Shown: positions 1 to 8,236 of the stretch, in pieces
Numbering within the stretch: the first letter of the stretch is position 1
Layout: each line of letters begins with the position of its first letter
Source: a virus
Lineage: Duplodnaviria > Caudoviricetes
IMG/VR virus record: IMGVR_UViG_3300037422_000215
Location: 1-35,926 of that record
Length of the DNA stretch: 35,926 nt
Reading direction: 5' to 3' (one strand)
Program-made: the position numbers and the translations under genes
The notes under the pieces: model-generated
Database searches by the model: none
The model's input: the letters and a program-made list of their open reading frames with translations, nothing else
Told to the model about the DNA's origin: nothing

Positions 1-99
1 AGCGTCGCCGCGAACTGATCGCCAAGGTGCGCGCTGCCGTTGCCGTTGCCGATGCCGTTGCCGATGCCGTTGCCGCTGCCGTTGCCGTTGCCGCTGCCG
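1..99. repeat. Terminal direct repeat (identical to 35713-35811); circular or circularly permuted genome of about 35,712 bp
   Basis: AGCGTCGCCGCGAACTGATCGCCAAGGTG... matches base for base for 99 nt, then the two copies differ inside a hexamer array. Confidence 0.9.
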
Positions 100-374
100 C
101 TGCCGCTGCCGCTGCCGCTGCCGCTGCCGATGCCGCTGCCGATGCCGCTGCCGATGCCGCTGCCGATGCCGCTGCCGCTGCCGTTGCCGCTGCCGATGCC
201 GCTGCCGATGCCCGCAGGCGGGCGTGGAACGAGACCTACGAGAAGGTGTACCGGGAGACCTTCTCGCGGCTGGTCCCGATCTATCGCGAACGGTTCGGTA
301 CCACGAGCGAGACGGTGGAGGCCTCGGCGGTCGAGATGGTCGGACGGCTCTGTGACATGGGCCGTGCGGCATGA
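1..374 (+). CDS. C-terminal part of the Ala-repeat hypothetical protein that starts at 35256 and wraps across the contig end
   Basis: Same frame as the 35256 ORF through the 99-nt overlap; Ala/Asp/Val tract, then ...SAVEMVGRLCDMGRAA*; ATGA overlap with next gene. Confidence 0.8.
   Translation, partial: RRRELIAKVRAAVAVADAVADAVAAAVAVAAAAAAAAAAAAADAAADAAADAAADAAAAAVAAADAAADARRRAWNETYEKVYRETFSRLVPIYRERFGTTSETVEASAVEMVGRLCDMGRAA
33..212 (+). repeat. Coding hexamer array (G[A/C/T]T GCC) x30
   Basis: Read directly; encodes alternating (A/D/V)-A. Confidence 0.9.
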
Positions 375-871
375 CCGACGAACGACTGATGACACGTGCG
401 CTGATGATCGCATCATCGAACCGGACGCGGCCGGGGCCGTTGACCGTCGCTGATGTCGTACGCGCGGCACGGTCCGAACGTCTTGCCCCGACGACACTTG
501 TGAGCTTTGCGTGGGCGAAGGGCTACCTGCCGGCATGGGACCAGGCAACGATCCATGAGCTGATCGCCGAGATCGCCCGCATCGAGTCCGGGCTCGCATC
601 AAGGTGGCTCGCCCCGGAGGCCCGGCTCGTCTGCGCATGGTGCGGTGCCTGCAACAACGCGGCGACGACACGCGAGGAGGTCGCCACCTACGCGCCGCAG
701 CCCGAGGACGCCGGGCTCTGCGCCAACTGCGAGCGATGGAACATCGTTGACGATGCCGGCCAGTTCCGGCGGCCGAGCCAAGAGGAGATCGAGGAACTCG
801 ACGAAGCCGCTGAGGACGCGCGCCTAGACGCGGGCTGGTGCGCGAACGTCGTGAAGGAGTTCCGGCGGTGA
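371..871 (+). CDS. Hypothetical protein with two CxxC pairs (possible zinc ribbon)
   Basis: CAWCGAC...CANC; coupled overlaps at both ends. Confidence 0.65.
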   Translation: MTDERLMTRALMIASSNRTRPGPLTVADVVRAARSERLAPTTLVSFAWAKGYLPAWDQATIHELIAEIARIESGLASRWLAPEARLVCAWCGACNNAATTREEVATYAPQPEDAGLCANCERWNIVDDAGQFRRPSQEEIEELDEAAEDARLDAGWCANVVKEFRR

Positions 872-1836
872 GCGCGGCGATCGATATCGCCGGGCTCGAC
901 CGTGAACGCTGGCTCGCGCTTCGCCGGCAAGGGATCGGCAGCAGCGACGCGCCGGCGATCGCCGGGTTCGACCGTTACCGGTCCCCGTTCGCGGTCTATG
1001 TCGACAAGATCGAGATCCTCGATCTTGTCGACACAGACAACGCGGCGATGGAGTGGGGCCGGCGGCTCGAGCAGGTCGTCGCCGAGAAGTTCGCCGATGA
1101 GCATCCCGAGCTCGAGCTGACGAAGCCGACGGTCATGTACCGGCACCGTGACTACGCGTGGATGCTCGCGTCACCCGACCGGATCGTCACCCCCGTCGCG
1201 TCGGGGTACGGCGAGGTCGGGCTCCTCGAGGTCAAGACGACGTCGCATTGGCGGGCCGGCGACTGGTCGGACGGCCCGCCGAACCATGTGCTCATCCAGG
1301 TGCAGCATCAGCTCGCCGTCACCGGCCTCGGACGGGCGTGGGTCGCCGCGCTGGTCGACGGCCGGACCTACCGCGAGTACGAGGTCGCCCGCGACGACGC
1401 CGCGATCGACGCGCTGATCGCGGTCGAGCACAGCTTCTGGTTCGATCATGTGGCCGCGCGGGTCCCGCCACCGATCGACGGTTCGGAGTCGACCGCGGAT
1501 GCGATCCGTGCCCTCTACGCGCATGTCCGGCCGGCGTCCGTGATCGAGCTGCCGGCGCACTACGGCGAGATCCTCGACGAGCTGGCGCGTACCCGCGCGT
1601 CGATCAAGGACGCCAAGGGCGACGAACGGCACCTGCTGAACACGATCCAGGCGGCGCTCGGCGAGAACGAGATCGGCCTGATCGACGGTGAGGTCGTCTG
1701 TACCTGGAAGGAGACGACGAGCCGGCGTGTGAACGTCGAACGGCTCCGTGAGCTCTACCCGGACGCGGCCGCCGACTGCACCGAGCTGTCTCGAACGCGA
1801 CGGTTCCTCTTGTTGAAAGGACCGACCGGTGAGTGA
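868..1836 (+). CDS. YqaJ-like viral recombination exonuclease
   Basis: WLALRRQGIGSSDA, EWGRRLE, LASPDR, LLEVKT, QVQHQL motifs; GAAGGAG RBS; GTGA overlap; directly upstream of recT. Confidence 0.92.
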   Translation: MSAAIDIAGLDRERWLALRRQGIGSSDAPAIAGFDRYRSPFAVYVDKIEILDLVDTDNAAMEWGRRLEQVVAEKFADEHPELELTKPTVMYRHRDYAWMLASPDRIVTPVASGYGEVGLLEVKTTSHWRAGDWSDGPPNHVLIQVQHQLAVTGLGRAWVAALVDGRTYREYEVARDDAAIDALIAVEHSFWFDHVAARVPPPIDGSESTADAIRALYAHVRPASVIELPAHYGEILDELARTRASIKDAKGDERHLLNTIQAALGENEIGLIDGEVVCTWKETTSRRVNVERLRELYPDAAADCTELSRTRRFLLLKGPTGE

Positions 1837-2827
1837 TCTCGCGAAGCAGATCGCCGCGAAGAGCGTCGAGGTCGAGCAGCGGCCGCGGGGCGTGACGGTC
1901 GCGGACCTGATCGAACGGCAGAAGGGCGAGATCGCGCGGGCGTTGCCGATCGGGATGGCACCCGAACGGTTCGCCCGCCTGCTCCTCACCGAGTGCCGCA
2001 AGACGCCTCAGCTGCTCGCGTGCACGCCTGCGTCGCTGCTCGGGGCGATGATGACCGCCGCGCAGCTCGGCCTCGAGCCTGGTGTCCTGCAGCACTGCTA
2101 TCTGATCCCTCGCAAGAAGCGGGGGACGCCGGAGGCGACGTTCCTGCTCGGCTACCGCGGAATGGTCGAGCTGAGCTTGCGGGGCGGCCGGACGTTGAGC
2201 GTCGACGCGCATGTCGTGCACGAACACGACGAGTTCGAGTTCGCGTACGGGACCGACCCGCGGCTGCGCCATGTCCCGCGGCTCGACGAGCGTGGCGAGC
2301 CGGTCGCCGTCTACGCGGTCGCCCTGTTGGCGACGGGCGGGAAGCCGTTCGTCGTCTTGTCGATGGCCGAGGTCGCACGCCGCCGGGCACATTCGCAGGC
2401 GGGCGAGACCGGCCCGTGGTCAACCGACTTCGAAGCAATGGCGCGTAAGAGCGCGGTGCGGGCGCTCGCCCCGTACTTGCCGCAGTCGGCGGAGTTCGCG
2501 GCCGCGCAGCGCCTCGACGAGATCGTGCGGACCGACTTCGATGTGAGCCTCGACGAGTACGAGCCGCCCGAACCGGTCGAGAACGAGAACTCAGGCGGAG
2601 ACCCCAACCCGGGCGACGAGGGGGCGGGTACACGTGGCGTGCCCGCCCCCGACTCGCCCGAGGCCGTCGAGCTGCTGAAGGGCGTGCGTCGGACGAAGAA
2701 GGGCGAGGCCGAATACCGCGAGTGGTGCAACACGTTCGAGCTCGACCCTGACGGCCATCTCGCATGGCCAGCCGAACGGTGGGCGACGTTCGTTGCCTGG
2801 GTCCACCAGGAGCCAGAGCCCGCATGA
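1829..2827 (+). CDS. recT: RecT-family ssDNA annealing recombinase
   Basis: SLLGAMMTAAQLGLEP, CYLIP, LGYRGMVEL, GPWSTDFEAMARKSAVRAL..YLP motifs. Confidence 0.93.
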   Translation: MSDLAKQIAAKSVEVEQRPRGVTVADLIERQKGEIARALPIGMAPERFARLLLTECRKTPQLLACTPASLLGAMMTAAQLGLEPGVLQHCYLIPRKKRGTPEATFLLGYRGMVELSLRGGRTLSVDAHVVHEHDEFEFAYGTDPRLRHVPRLDERGEPVAVYAVALLATGGKPFVVLSMAEVARRRAHSQAGETGPWSTDFEAMARKSAVRALAPYLPQSAEFAAAQRLDEIVRTDFDVSLDEYEPPEPVENENSGGDPNPGDEGAGTRGVPAPDSPEAVELLKGVRRTKKGEAEYREWCNTFELDPDGHLAWPAERWATFVAWVHQEPEPA

Positions 2828-3174
2828 GCCTCGCCTCCGACGTGCACGTGTGCGAGAGCTGTGGTGTGCCTGTGCCGCGGTGGCCGGACCGTGAACGGTG
2901 GCCGGACCGCTGCACCGCATGCAACCGGGAGCGGCGCGCCGCCCACCAGCGCGCCTACTACGAGGCCAACCGGGAGCGGCTCGCCGCCCACAAGCGCGCC
3001 TACTACGAGGCCAACCGGGAGCGGCTCGCCGCCTACCAGCGCGCCTACCGCGAGGCCAACCGGGAGCGGCGCGCCGCGGTGACGGAGGCGTCAGGCGCGT
3101 GCCCGTGGTGTGCGGTCGGTCAGCATGACGCCTGCGCTGGCGGGGCCTGCACATGCCATGGGGCCGCCGCGTGA
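2824..3174 (+). CDS. Cys-rich hypothetical protein with 15-aa tandem repeats
   Basis: ATGA overlap with recT; CxxC pairs flank NRERxAAxxRAYYEA repeats. Confidence 0.65.
   Translation: MSLASDVHVCESCGVPVPRWPDRERWPDRCTACNRERRAAHQRAYYEANRERLAAHKRAYYEANRERLAAYQRAYREANRERRAAVTEASGACPWCAVGQHDACAGGACTCHGAAA
2922..3077 (+). repeat. 45-bp coding tandem repeat, about 3.5 copies
   Basis: CAACCGGGAGCGGC starts at 2922, 2967, 3012 and 3057. Confidence 0.9.
3139..3174 (+). repeat. Junction repeat B (36 bp; copy B' at 5243-5278, 2 mismatches)
   Basis: GGCGGGGCCTGCACATGCCAYGGRGCCGCCGCGTGA; both copies end on the GTG(A) start of a methyltransferase gene. Confidence 0.9.
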
Positions 3175-4241
3175 GCATGACGGAGCTTGTCGCGACTGCC
3201 GGCGCGCTGGCCGTCCCTGATCCACGGGCCGGTGTGGTTCCTGTGGGCTGGTGGGAGTACGCGGCGGAGGCGATCGACGCGACCGATTCGTGGGACGAGC
3301 TCGATGATCTCGAGGGGAAGTTGGCTGCGGTCGTCGCGTATCTCGAGTCGCTCGGTGGCGATCAGGTCGAGTTCCTGAAGGCGCTCCGGGTGGTCGAGAA
3401 ACGCCGCGGCGACCTCCTCGGCCCGAAGGAGAAGGGCGGGCGCGGGAAAACTCTAACACGCGTGTTAGAGATTGACGCGTCGGCGATGACCTTGTCGCGG
3501 TGGCGTCTGCTGTCGGAGCATTGGGCGTTGCTGCTCCCGTGGCTGCGTGACGCGACGAGACGCGAGCAGGTGTCGCAGTCGCAGCTACTCCGACTCGTCC
3601 GCGAGCACACGCCGGCACGCGCCGACCCTGACGTTGCGGACGTCGCCGGCGAGCGGTTGACGATCCTGCACGGCGACTTCCGGGAGCGGCTGCTCGAGTT
3701 GGAAGCGGGTTCTGTGGATCTGATCGTGACCGACCCGCCGTACCCGAAGGAAGACCTGCCGCTCTACAGCGATCTCGGACAGGTCGCAGCGCTGCTGCTC
3801 GGCCCGCGCGGGATCCTGTTCTGCTGGACCGGCCAGATCTTCTTGCCGGAGGTGATCGGACGGCTCTCCGAACAGCTCACCTACGGATGGACGTTCGCGC
3901 TGCGGCTGCCCGGTCAGGGCTCACGGATCCTCGGCCGGCACATCGTCCAGGCATGGAAGCCGGTACTCGCGTTCACGACCGGTACATGGCCGTCGGGGAA
4001 GTGGGGCGACGACCTGCTCATCTCGCCAGCACCCGACAAGGACACCTACGAGTGGCAGCAGTCGGCGTTGCCGGCGCGACGTCTGATCGAGCGTTACTGT
4101 CCTCCCGACGGGCTCGTCGTCGATCCGTTCCTCGGTGTCGGCTCATTCGGTGTCGCAGCCCGTGAGGCTGGCTGCCGGTTCGTCGGCGTCGAGCTCGACG
4201 CGGGCCGGCACGCGAAGGCCGTCCAACGGATCGCAGGATGA
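3171..4241 (+). CDS. N6-A/N4-C DNA methyltransferase (beta-class motif order) with N-terminal extension
   Basis: VDLIVTDPPY (motif IV) precedes VVDPFLGVGS (motif I); FVGVELD. Confidence 0.88.
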   Translation: MSMTELVATAGALAVPDPRAGVVPVGWWEYAAEAIDATDSWDELDDLEGKLAAVVAYLESLGGDQVEFLKALRVVEKRRGDLLGPKEKGGRGKTLTRVLEIDASAMTLSRWRLLSEHWALLLPWLRDATRREQVSQSQLLRLVREHTPARADPDVADVAGERLTILHGDFRERLLELEAGSVDLIVTDPPYPKEDLPLYSDLGQVAALLLGPRGILFCWTGQIFLPEVIGRLSEQLTYGWTFALRLPGQGSRILGRHIVQAWKPVLAFTTGTWPSGKWGDDLLISPAPDKDTYEWQQSALPARRLIERYCPPDGLVVDPFLGVGSFGVAAREAGCRFVGVELDAGRHAKAVQRIAG

Positions 4242-4795
4242 ACGACCGTCGTTGCTGTGTCTGCGATGTCGTCTGGAGCGACCCGTTGCATCTGGCGCAG
4301 GTCGACCGCGATTGTGGCGGTTCGGTATGGCGCGGGAATCTCGGGCAGCTCATCCCGTACCGGCAGTGGGTACGCGAGAACTTCCCTTCGTCGCGTGACG
4401 GTGTGACTGTCGCCGGCGATGACGGTTTCTTGCGGTTCTTCTCTGATGAGGATCCGATCGGTGTTGTGTGTCCGTGGGAGTGGAAGACGTTCGGGAAGCC
4501 GCTCGATCGTCCGACTGCTCACACCTTTGCTGCGTTCCGAGAGGGAGCGGTTCTGGAGCCGGTCGTGATCAGGCTGATCGGCGGGAACACGCCCGGCCCG
4601 CTGCTGCACTACCCGTCCCCATGCGACTGCTGCGGGCTCCCGGAACGCCCGGAGACAGCCGACGCGATCCAAGTGAACGGCTCGGTGTTCGCGGCCGACC
4701 GGCTCGTCGACTGGCTCTTGCAGTATCTCGGTGACGAGCGTGCGTGGCTTGCCGATCCGGTGATCGATGTTCGTGTCGCGGGCGGTCGGTTGTGA
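4238..4795 (+). CDS. Hypothetical protein, possibly PD-(D/E)XK nuclease-like
   Basis: Coupled to the MTase; acidic stretch followed by WEWK; weak resemblance only. Confidence 0.5.
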   Translation: MNDRRCCVCDVVWSDPLHLAQVDRDCGGSVWRGNLGQLIPYRQWVRENFPSSRDGVTVAGDDGFLRFFSDEDPIGVVCPWEWKTFGKPLDRPTAHTFAAFREGAVLEPVVIRLIGGNTPGPLLHYPSPCDCCGLPERPETADAIQVNGSVFAADRLVDWLLQYLGDERAWLADPVIDVRVAGGRL

Positions 4796-4875
4796 ACGCG
4801 GAGACGCCCTGGGACCTGCTGCGCCGCGACTCTAGGGTGGCCGCGCCGTCGCTATTCGACGAGGCCGTCCTGTGA
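4792..4875 (+). CDS. 27-aa linker ORF (MNAETPWDLL...SLFDEAVL)
   Basis: GTGA overlaps at both ends, which keeps translational coupling. Confidence 0.4.
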   Translation: MNAETPWDLLRRDSRVAAPSLFDEAVL

Positions 4876-4929
4876 GCGCGCGCTGCAGCTATATGGATCG
4901 TCGTGGCCGTCAGTGCCTCCGTACCGTCG
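4872..4929 (+). repeat. Junction repeat C (copy of the 5' end of the HNH gene at 7710-7767)
   Basis: GTGAGCGCGCGCTG plus an exact 34-bp block GATCGTCGTGGCCGTCAGTGCCTCCGTACCGTCG (4896-4929 = 7734-7767). Confidence 0.92.
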
Positions 4930-5069
4930 AGGAGTACGAGCCCGACGACGACCAGGTGCTGGATGTCGATGAGGTCCCCAACCCGGGAGGGTCGGAGGCG
5001 GGGGACACGGTCGCCGCTGTCGAGCCCGCCTCCGCTCCCGACTACTACTCGCAATCCGAGGGAGGCCGA

Positions 5070-5291
5070 ATGCTCACCGTGCCCGAGCTCGCGCGGCGTT
5101 GGACCACAACCGCGCAGGTGATCTACAACCTGCGGCACCGCGGCGAGGGACCGCCCGCGATCCGCATCGGCCGTGAGCTGCGATTCCGGCTCGAGGACGT
5201 CGAGCGTTGGGAGCAGTCGCGGCTCGAAACGCCGACGCCCGCGGCGGGGCCTGCACATGCCACGGAGCCGCCGCGTGATCATCTCGACTGA
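5070..5291 (+). CDS. Excisionase/AlpA-like HTH DNA-binding protein (also the in-frame end of chimeric ORF 4872-5291)
   Basis: GGAGG RBS; MLTVPELARRW...IYNLRHRGEGPPAIRIGRELRFRLEDVERW. Confidence 0.85.
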   Translation: MLTVPELARRWTTTAQVIYNLRHRGEGPPAIRIGRELRFRLEDVERWEQSRLETPTPAAGPAHATEPPRDHLD

Positions 5292-7713
5292 CGAGCATGG
5301 CGCAGCGATCCTCACGCTCGAGGAATACCCCGATCTGCTCGCGTGCCGCGCTCTCGCCGAATGGCATTTCATAAGCGAGGATCCTCCCGAAGTCGCGACG
5401 AGAGTGGAGCATCTCGCCGCTGCTGGCCTCGCCGATGAGAGCGCGGCTGTCCGGTGGGCGCCACAGCCGGACTTCTTGTTCGATTATCAGCGGTGGATGG
5501 TTGAGCGGGCGCTCGACCGGGAACGGTTCGCGATCTTCGCCGATTGTGGCCTCGGCAAGACGCTCATGCAATTGGAATGGGCCCGCCAGATCATGCACGC
5601 GACGCAGGGGCGCGTGTTGATCGTCGCGCCGCTCCAGGTTGTGCACCAGACGGTCGACGAGGCGCACCACTTCTACGGTGAGTATCCGATCGTCGCACTC
5701 GATGATAGCGCGATGGTCCCCGCGTGGCTTTCTGCGCCCGGCCCGTCGGTCGCGATCACGAACTACGAGAAGATCGAGAAGCTTGACGGTACGATCTCCG
5801 TCGCGGGGGTTGTGCTCGACGAGTCGTCGGTCCTGAAGCAGACGATGGGCGCGCGGCGTACCGCGCTCATCCGGTGTTTCGCTGGCATCCGATACAAGTT
5901 GTGTTGTACGGCGACGCCAGCGCCGAACGATCGCGTCGAATACGCCGAGCACGCCTTCTTTCTTGATGTGGTCCGGTCGACCCGCGAATTCCTCGCCCGG
6001 TTCTTCGTCAATCTCGATGGCGAATGGCAGCTCAAGCACCACGGCGAGACGGCGTTCTACCGCCATCTCGCATCATGGTCGGTGTTCATGCGCGACCCCG
6101 CCGCTTACCGCTTCGCCGATAATCTGCGGGACCTCGCACCGATGACCGCGAAGTTCCCGGCTGTCCCGTTGACGGTCGAGCAGGCCGAAGCCGCACGTGG
6201 GTACGAGGCTGGCACGCAGCCGTCGCTGTTCGGCGCGACGCCGGGCGGGATCGTCTCGCGGACGAAAGTCATGCAGATCGCGCATGGGTTCCTGCTCGAC
6301 GGTAAGGGCAAGGTCACGGAGAGATACCCGACCTTGAAGCCGACCGCGATCGCCGAGCTTTGCAATATCACACACGGCGACGAGCAGGTCATCGTATGGG
6401 TGACGTTCGACGAGGAAGCCCGACAGGTCGCGGAACTGATCCCCGACGCGGCGGTGATCTCCGGCAAGACCCCGAAACCGAGGCGTGCGGTCCTGATCGA
6501 CGAGTTCCGACAAGGCGGCGGCCCGCGGGTGCTACTCGCGAAACCGTCGATGCTCGGGTTCGGCCTGAACCTCCAATCGTGTCGCATCCAGGTGTTCTCG
6601 ACGATCACCGACAGTTTCGAGCGGTACTACCAGGCCGTCCGACGCTCACACCGCTACGGCCAGACACGCCCGGTAATCGTCTACGTCCCGCTCACGCCAC
6701 TCGACGACGCGATGTGTCAGAACGTGCTCAGCAAAGAGGCCGTGTGGCGCGAAGACGGCCGTCGCCAAGAACAAGCGTACGTCGATGTGCTCAGACCCCG
6801 CGACGACACCGAACGGAGAGTGCTAGTGACAACCCCGCAAGCCGAGCTCGATCGCGTCGAGGCCACCGAGTGGACGATGATCCAGGGCGACTCGATCGCC
6901 CACATGGAGACGATGGCCGATCAGTCGGTCGACTTTTCGATCTTCTCGCCACCGTTCGCGAACCTGTTCACCTACTCCAGCGCCGCCGCGGATATGGGCA
7001 ACGTCCGCGGCGATGCGGAGTACCGGCTCCAGTGGCGTTGGTTCGCTGAACGCCTCCTCCGGGTGATGCGACCGGGCCGCAACGTCGCGATCCACTGTAT
7101 GGACATCATCCGGTTCGCGAGTCAACACGGGGTCCGGCACACCTACGACTACCCGTCCGATCTACGCGCGGGGATGCAGGACGCAGGGTTCCTCTACCGG
7201 GCTCGCGTGTCGATCGACAAGAACCCGCAGGCCCAGGCGACCCGGACCAAAGACGCCAATCTGCTGTTCGTGACACTGACCCGCGACGCGCTCGATTCGC
7301 ACCCGCAGGCCGGTGAGTACGTACTTCTGTTCACCGCTCCCGGTGAGAACGAGACGCCGGTCATGGCGATGGATGTCTCGAACGCGGAGTGGATCGAGTG
7401 GGCACACCACGTCTGGTACGGCATTCGCGAAACTGATGTCCTGAACGCGGCGCTCGGGAAAGAGCACCAGGACGAGCGCCATATCTGCCCGCTGCAACTC
7501 CCCTTGATCGAACGGTCTGTACGACTCTGGTCGAATCGCGGCGAGATGATCTTCTCGCCGTTCGCGGGAATCGGATCCGAGGGCTATGTCGCATTGGAGT
7601 GGGGCCGCCGGTTCTACGGCGTCGAACTAAAGCGCTCATACTTCGATCAGGCATGCCGGTTCTTGGATCAGAAGACGAATGCCGTTGCTGGTCGTATGGG
7701 CTTCGCGTCGTGA
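5275..7713 (+). CDS. SNF2-like helicase fused to a C-terminal N4-C/N6-A DNA methyltransferase
   Basis: FADCGLGKT, LDESS, TATPAPND, GFGLNLQ, QAVRRSHRYGQ; then SIFSPPF and IFSPFAGIGSEG; start inferred from repeat B'. Confidence 0.88.
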   Translation: MIISTDEHGAAILTLEEYPDLLACRALAEWHFISEDPPEVATRVEHLAAAGLADESAAVRWAPQPDFLFDYQRWMVERALDRERFAIFADCGLGKTLMQLEWARQIMHATQGRVLIVAPLQVVHQTVDEAHHFYGEYPIVALDDSAMVPAWLSAPGPSVAITNYEKIEKLDGTISVAGVVLDESSVLKQTMGARRTALIRCFAGIRYKLCCTATPAPNDRVEYAEHAFFLDVVRSTREFLARFFVNLDGEWQLKHHGETAFYRHLASWSVFMRDPAAYRFADNLRDLAPMTAKFPAVPLTVEQAEAARGYEAGTQPSLFGATPGGIVSRTKVMQIAHGFLLDGKGKVTERYPTLKPTAIAELCNITHGDEQVIVWVTFDEEARQVAELIPDAAVISGKTPKPRRAVLIDEFRQGGGPRVLLAKPSMLGFGLNLQSCRIQVFSTITDSFERYYQAVRRSHRYGQTRPVIVYVPLTPLDDAMCQNVLSKEAVWREDGRRQEQAYVDVLRPRDDTERRVLVTTPQAELDRVEATEWTMIQGDSIAHMETMADQSVDFSIFSPPFANLFTYSSAAADMGNVRGDAEYRLQWRWFAERLLRVMRPGRNVAIHCMDIIRFASQHGVRHTYDYPSDLRAGMQDAGFLYRARVSIDKNPQAQATRTKDANLLFVTLTRDALDSHPQAGEYVLLFTAPGENETPVMAMDVSNAEWIEWAHHVWYGIRETDVLNAALGKEHQDERHICPLQLPLIERSVRLWSNRGEMIFSPFAGIGSEGYVALEWGRRFYGVELKRSYFDQACRFLDQKTNAVAGRMGFAS

Positions 7714-8084
7714 GCGCGCGCTGTCCGCATGTCGATCGTCGTGGCCGTCAGTGCCTCCGTACCGTCGGGACGCACCGGCTGCACGTCTATGTCGCGCTCC
7801 CGCGGCACTCGCGGAAGGGCTACCGGAAGGCGCGACTGTGGGCGCTCGACCGTGCCCGCGGGCGCTGCGAAGCGACCGCGCTCGAGCATGAGTGTGACGG
7901 GCCGCTCGAGGTGCATCACATCTTGAAGCGTTCGCAGGGCGGAAGCGACGACCCGGACAACCTGCTCGTCGCGTGTGCGGTGGCGCACCGGCAGATTCAT
8001 GAGAACCCGTCGCTCTCGGAGATGCTCGGGCTGCTCAGGAGACGGGCTGCTCAGAGGGCGATGGTTGGAAGGTCTCGCCGGTGA
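7710..8084 (+). CDS. HNH endonuclease
   Basis: GRCE...LEVHHILKRSQGGSDDPDNLLVACAVAHRQIH. Confidence 0.88.
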   Translation: MSARCPHVDRRGRQCLRTVGTHRLHVYVALPRHSRKGYRKARLWALDRARGRCEATALEHECDGPLEVHHILKRSQGGSDDPDNLLVACAVAHRQIHENPSLSEMLGLLRRRAAQRAMVGRSRR

Positions 8085-8236
8085 GTTTCGTGGGGCAGCT
8101 GCTGGTCGTGTGGGCGTGTCTGCTCGCGGTGTTCGTCGCGGGATGGTCGGTCCACTCGCGGGAGCTACGGGAGCGTGAGGCGAAGGCCCGGCGGATGTTC
8201 GCAGGCCGTACCGAGCCGTGCGAGGGCGACCGGTGA
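8081..8236 (+). CDS. Small single-pass membrane protein (51 aa)
   Basis: Own translation MSFVGQLLVVWACLLAVFVAGWSVHSRE...; GTGA overlaps at both ends. Confidence 0.6.
   Translation: MSFVGQLLVVWACLLAVFVAGWSVHSRELREREAKARRMFAGRTEPCEGDR

Noticed and set aside
1-99. Biological terminal repeat of the virion DNA
   Set aside because: It falls mid-gene beside a low-complexity tract and has k-mer-like length; the HNH-terS layout points to genome ends near 11839-11972 instead
40-453. (MP/LP)n ORF
   Set aside because: Alternative frame of the hexamer array; the Ala frame joins the 35256 ORF and couples to the next gene
2922-3077. 45-bp repeats as a CRISPR array
   Set aside because: Head-to-tail coding repeats with no spacers and no cas genes
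4872-7767. Repeat-flanked HTH plus helicase-MTase as an IS or integrative element with att sites
   Set aside because: No transposase or integrase; the flanks are copies of ordinary phage gene ends
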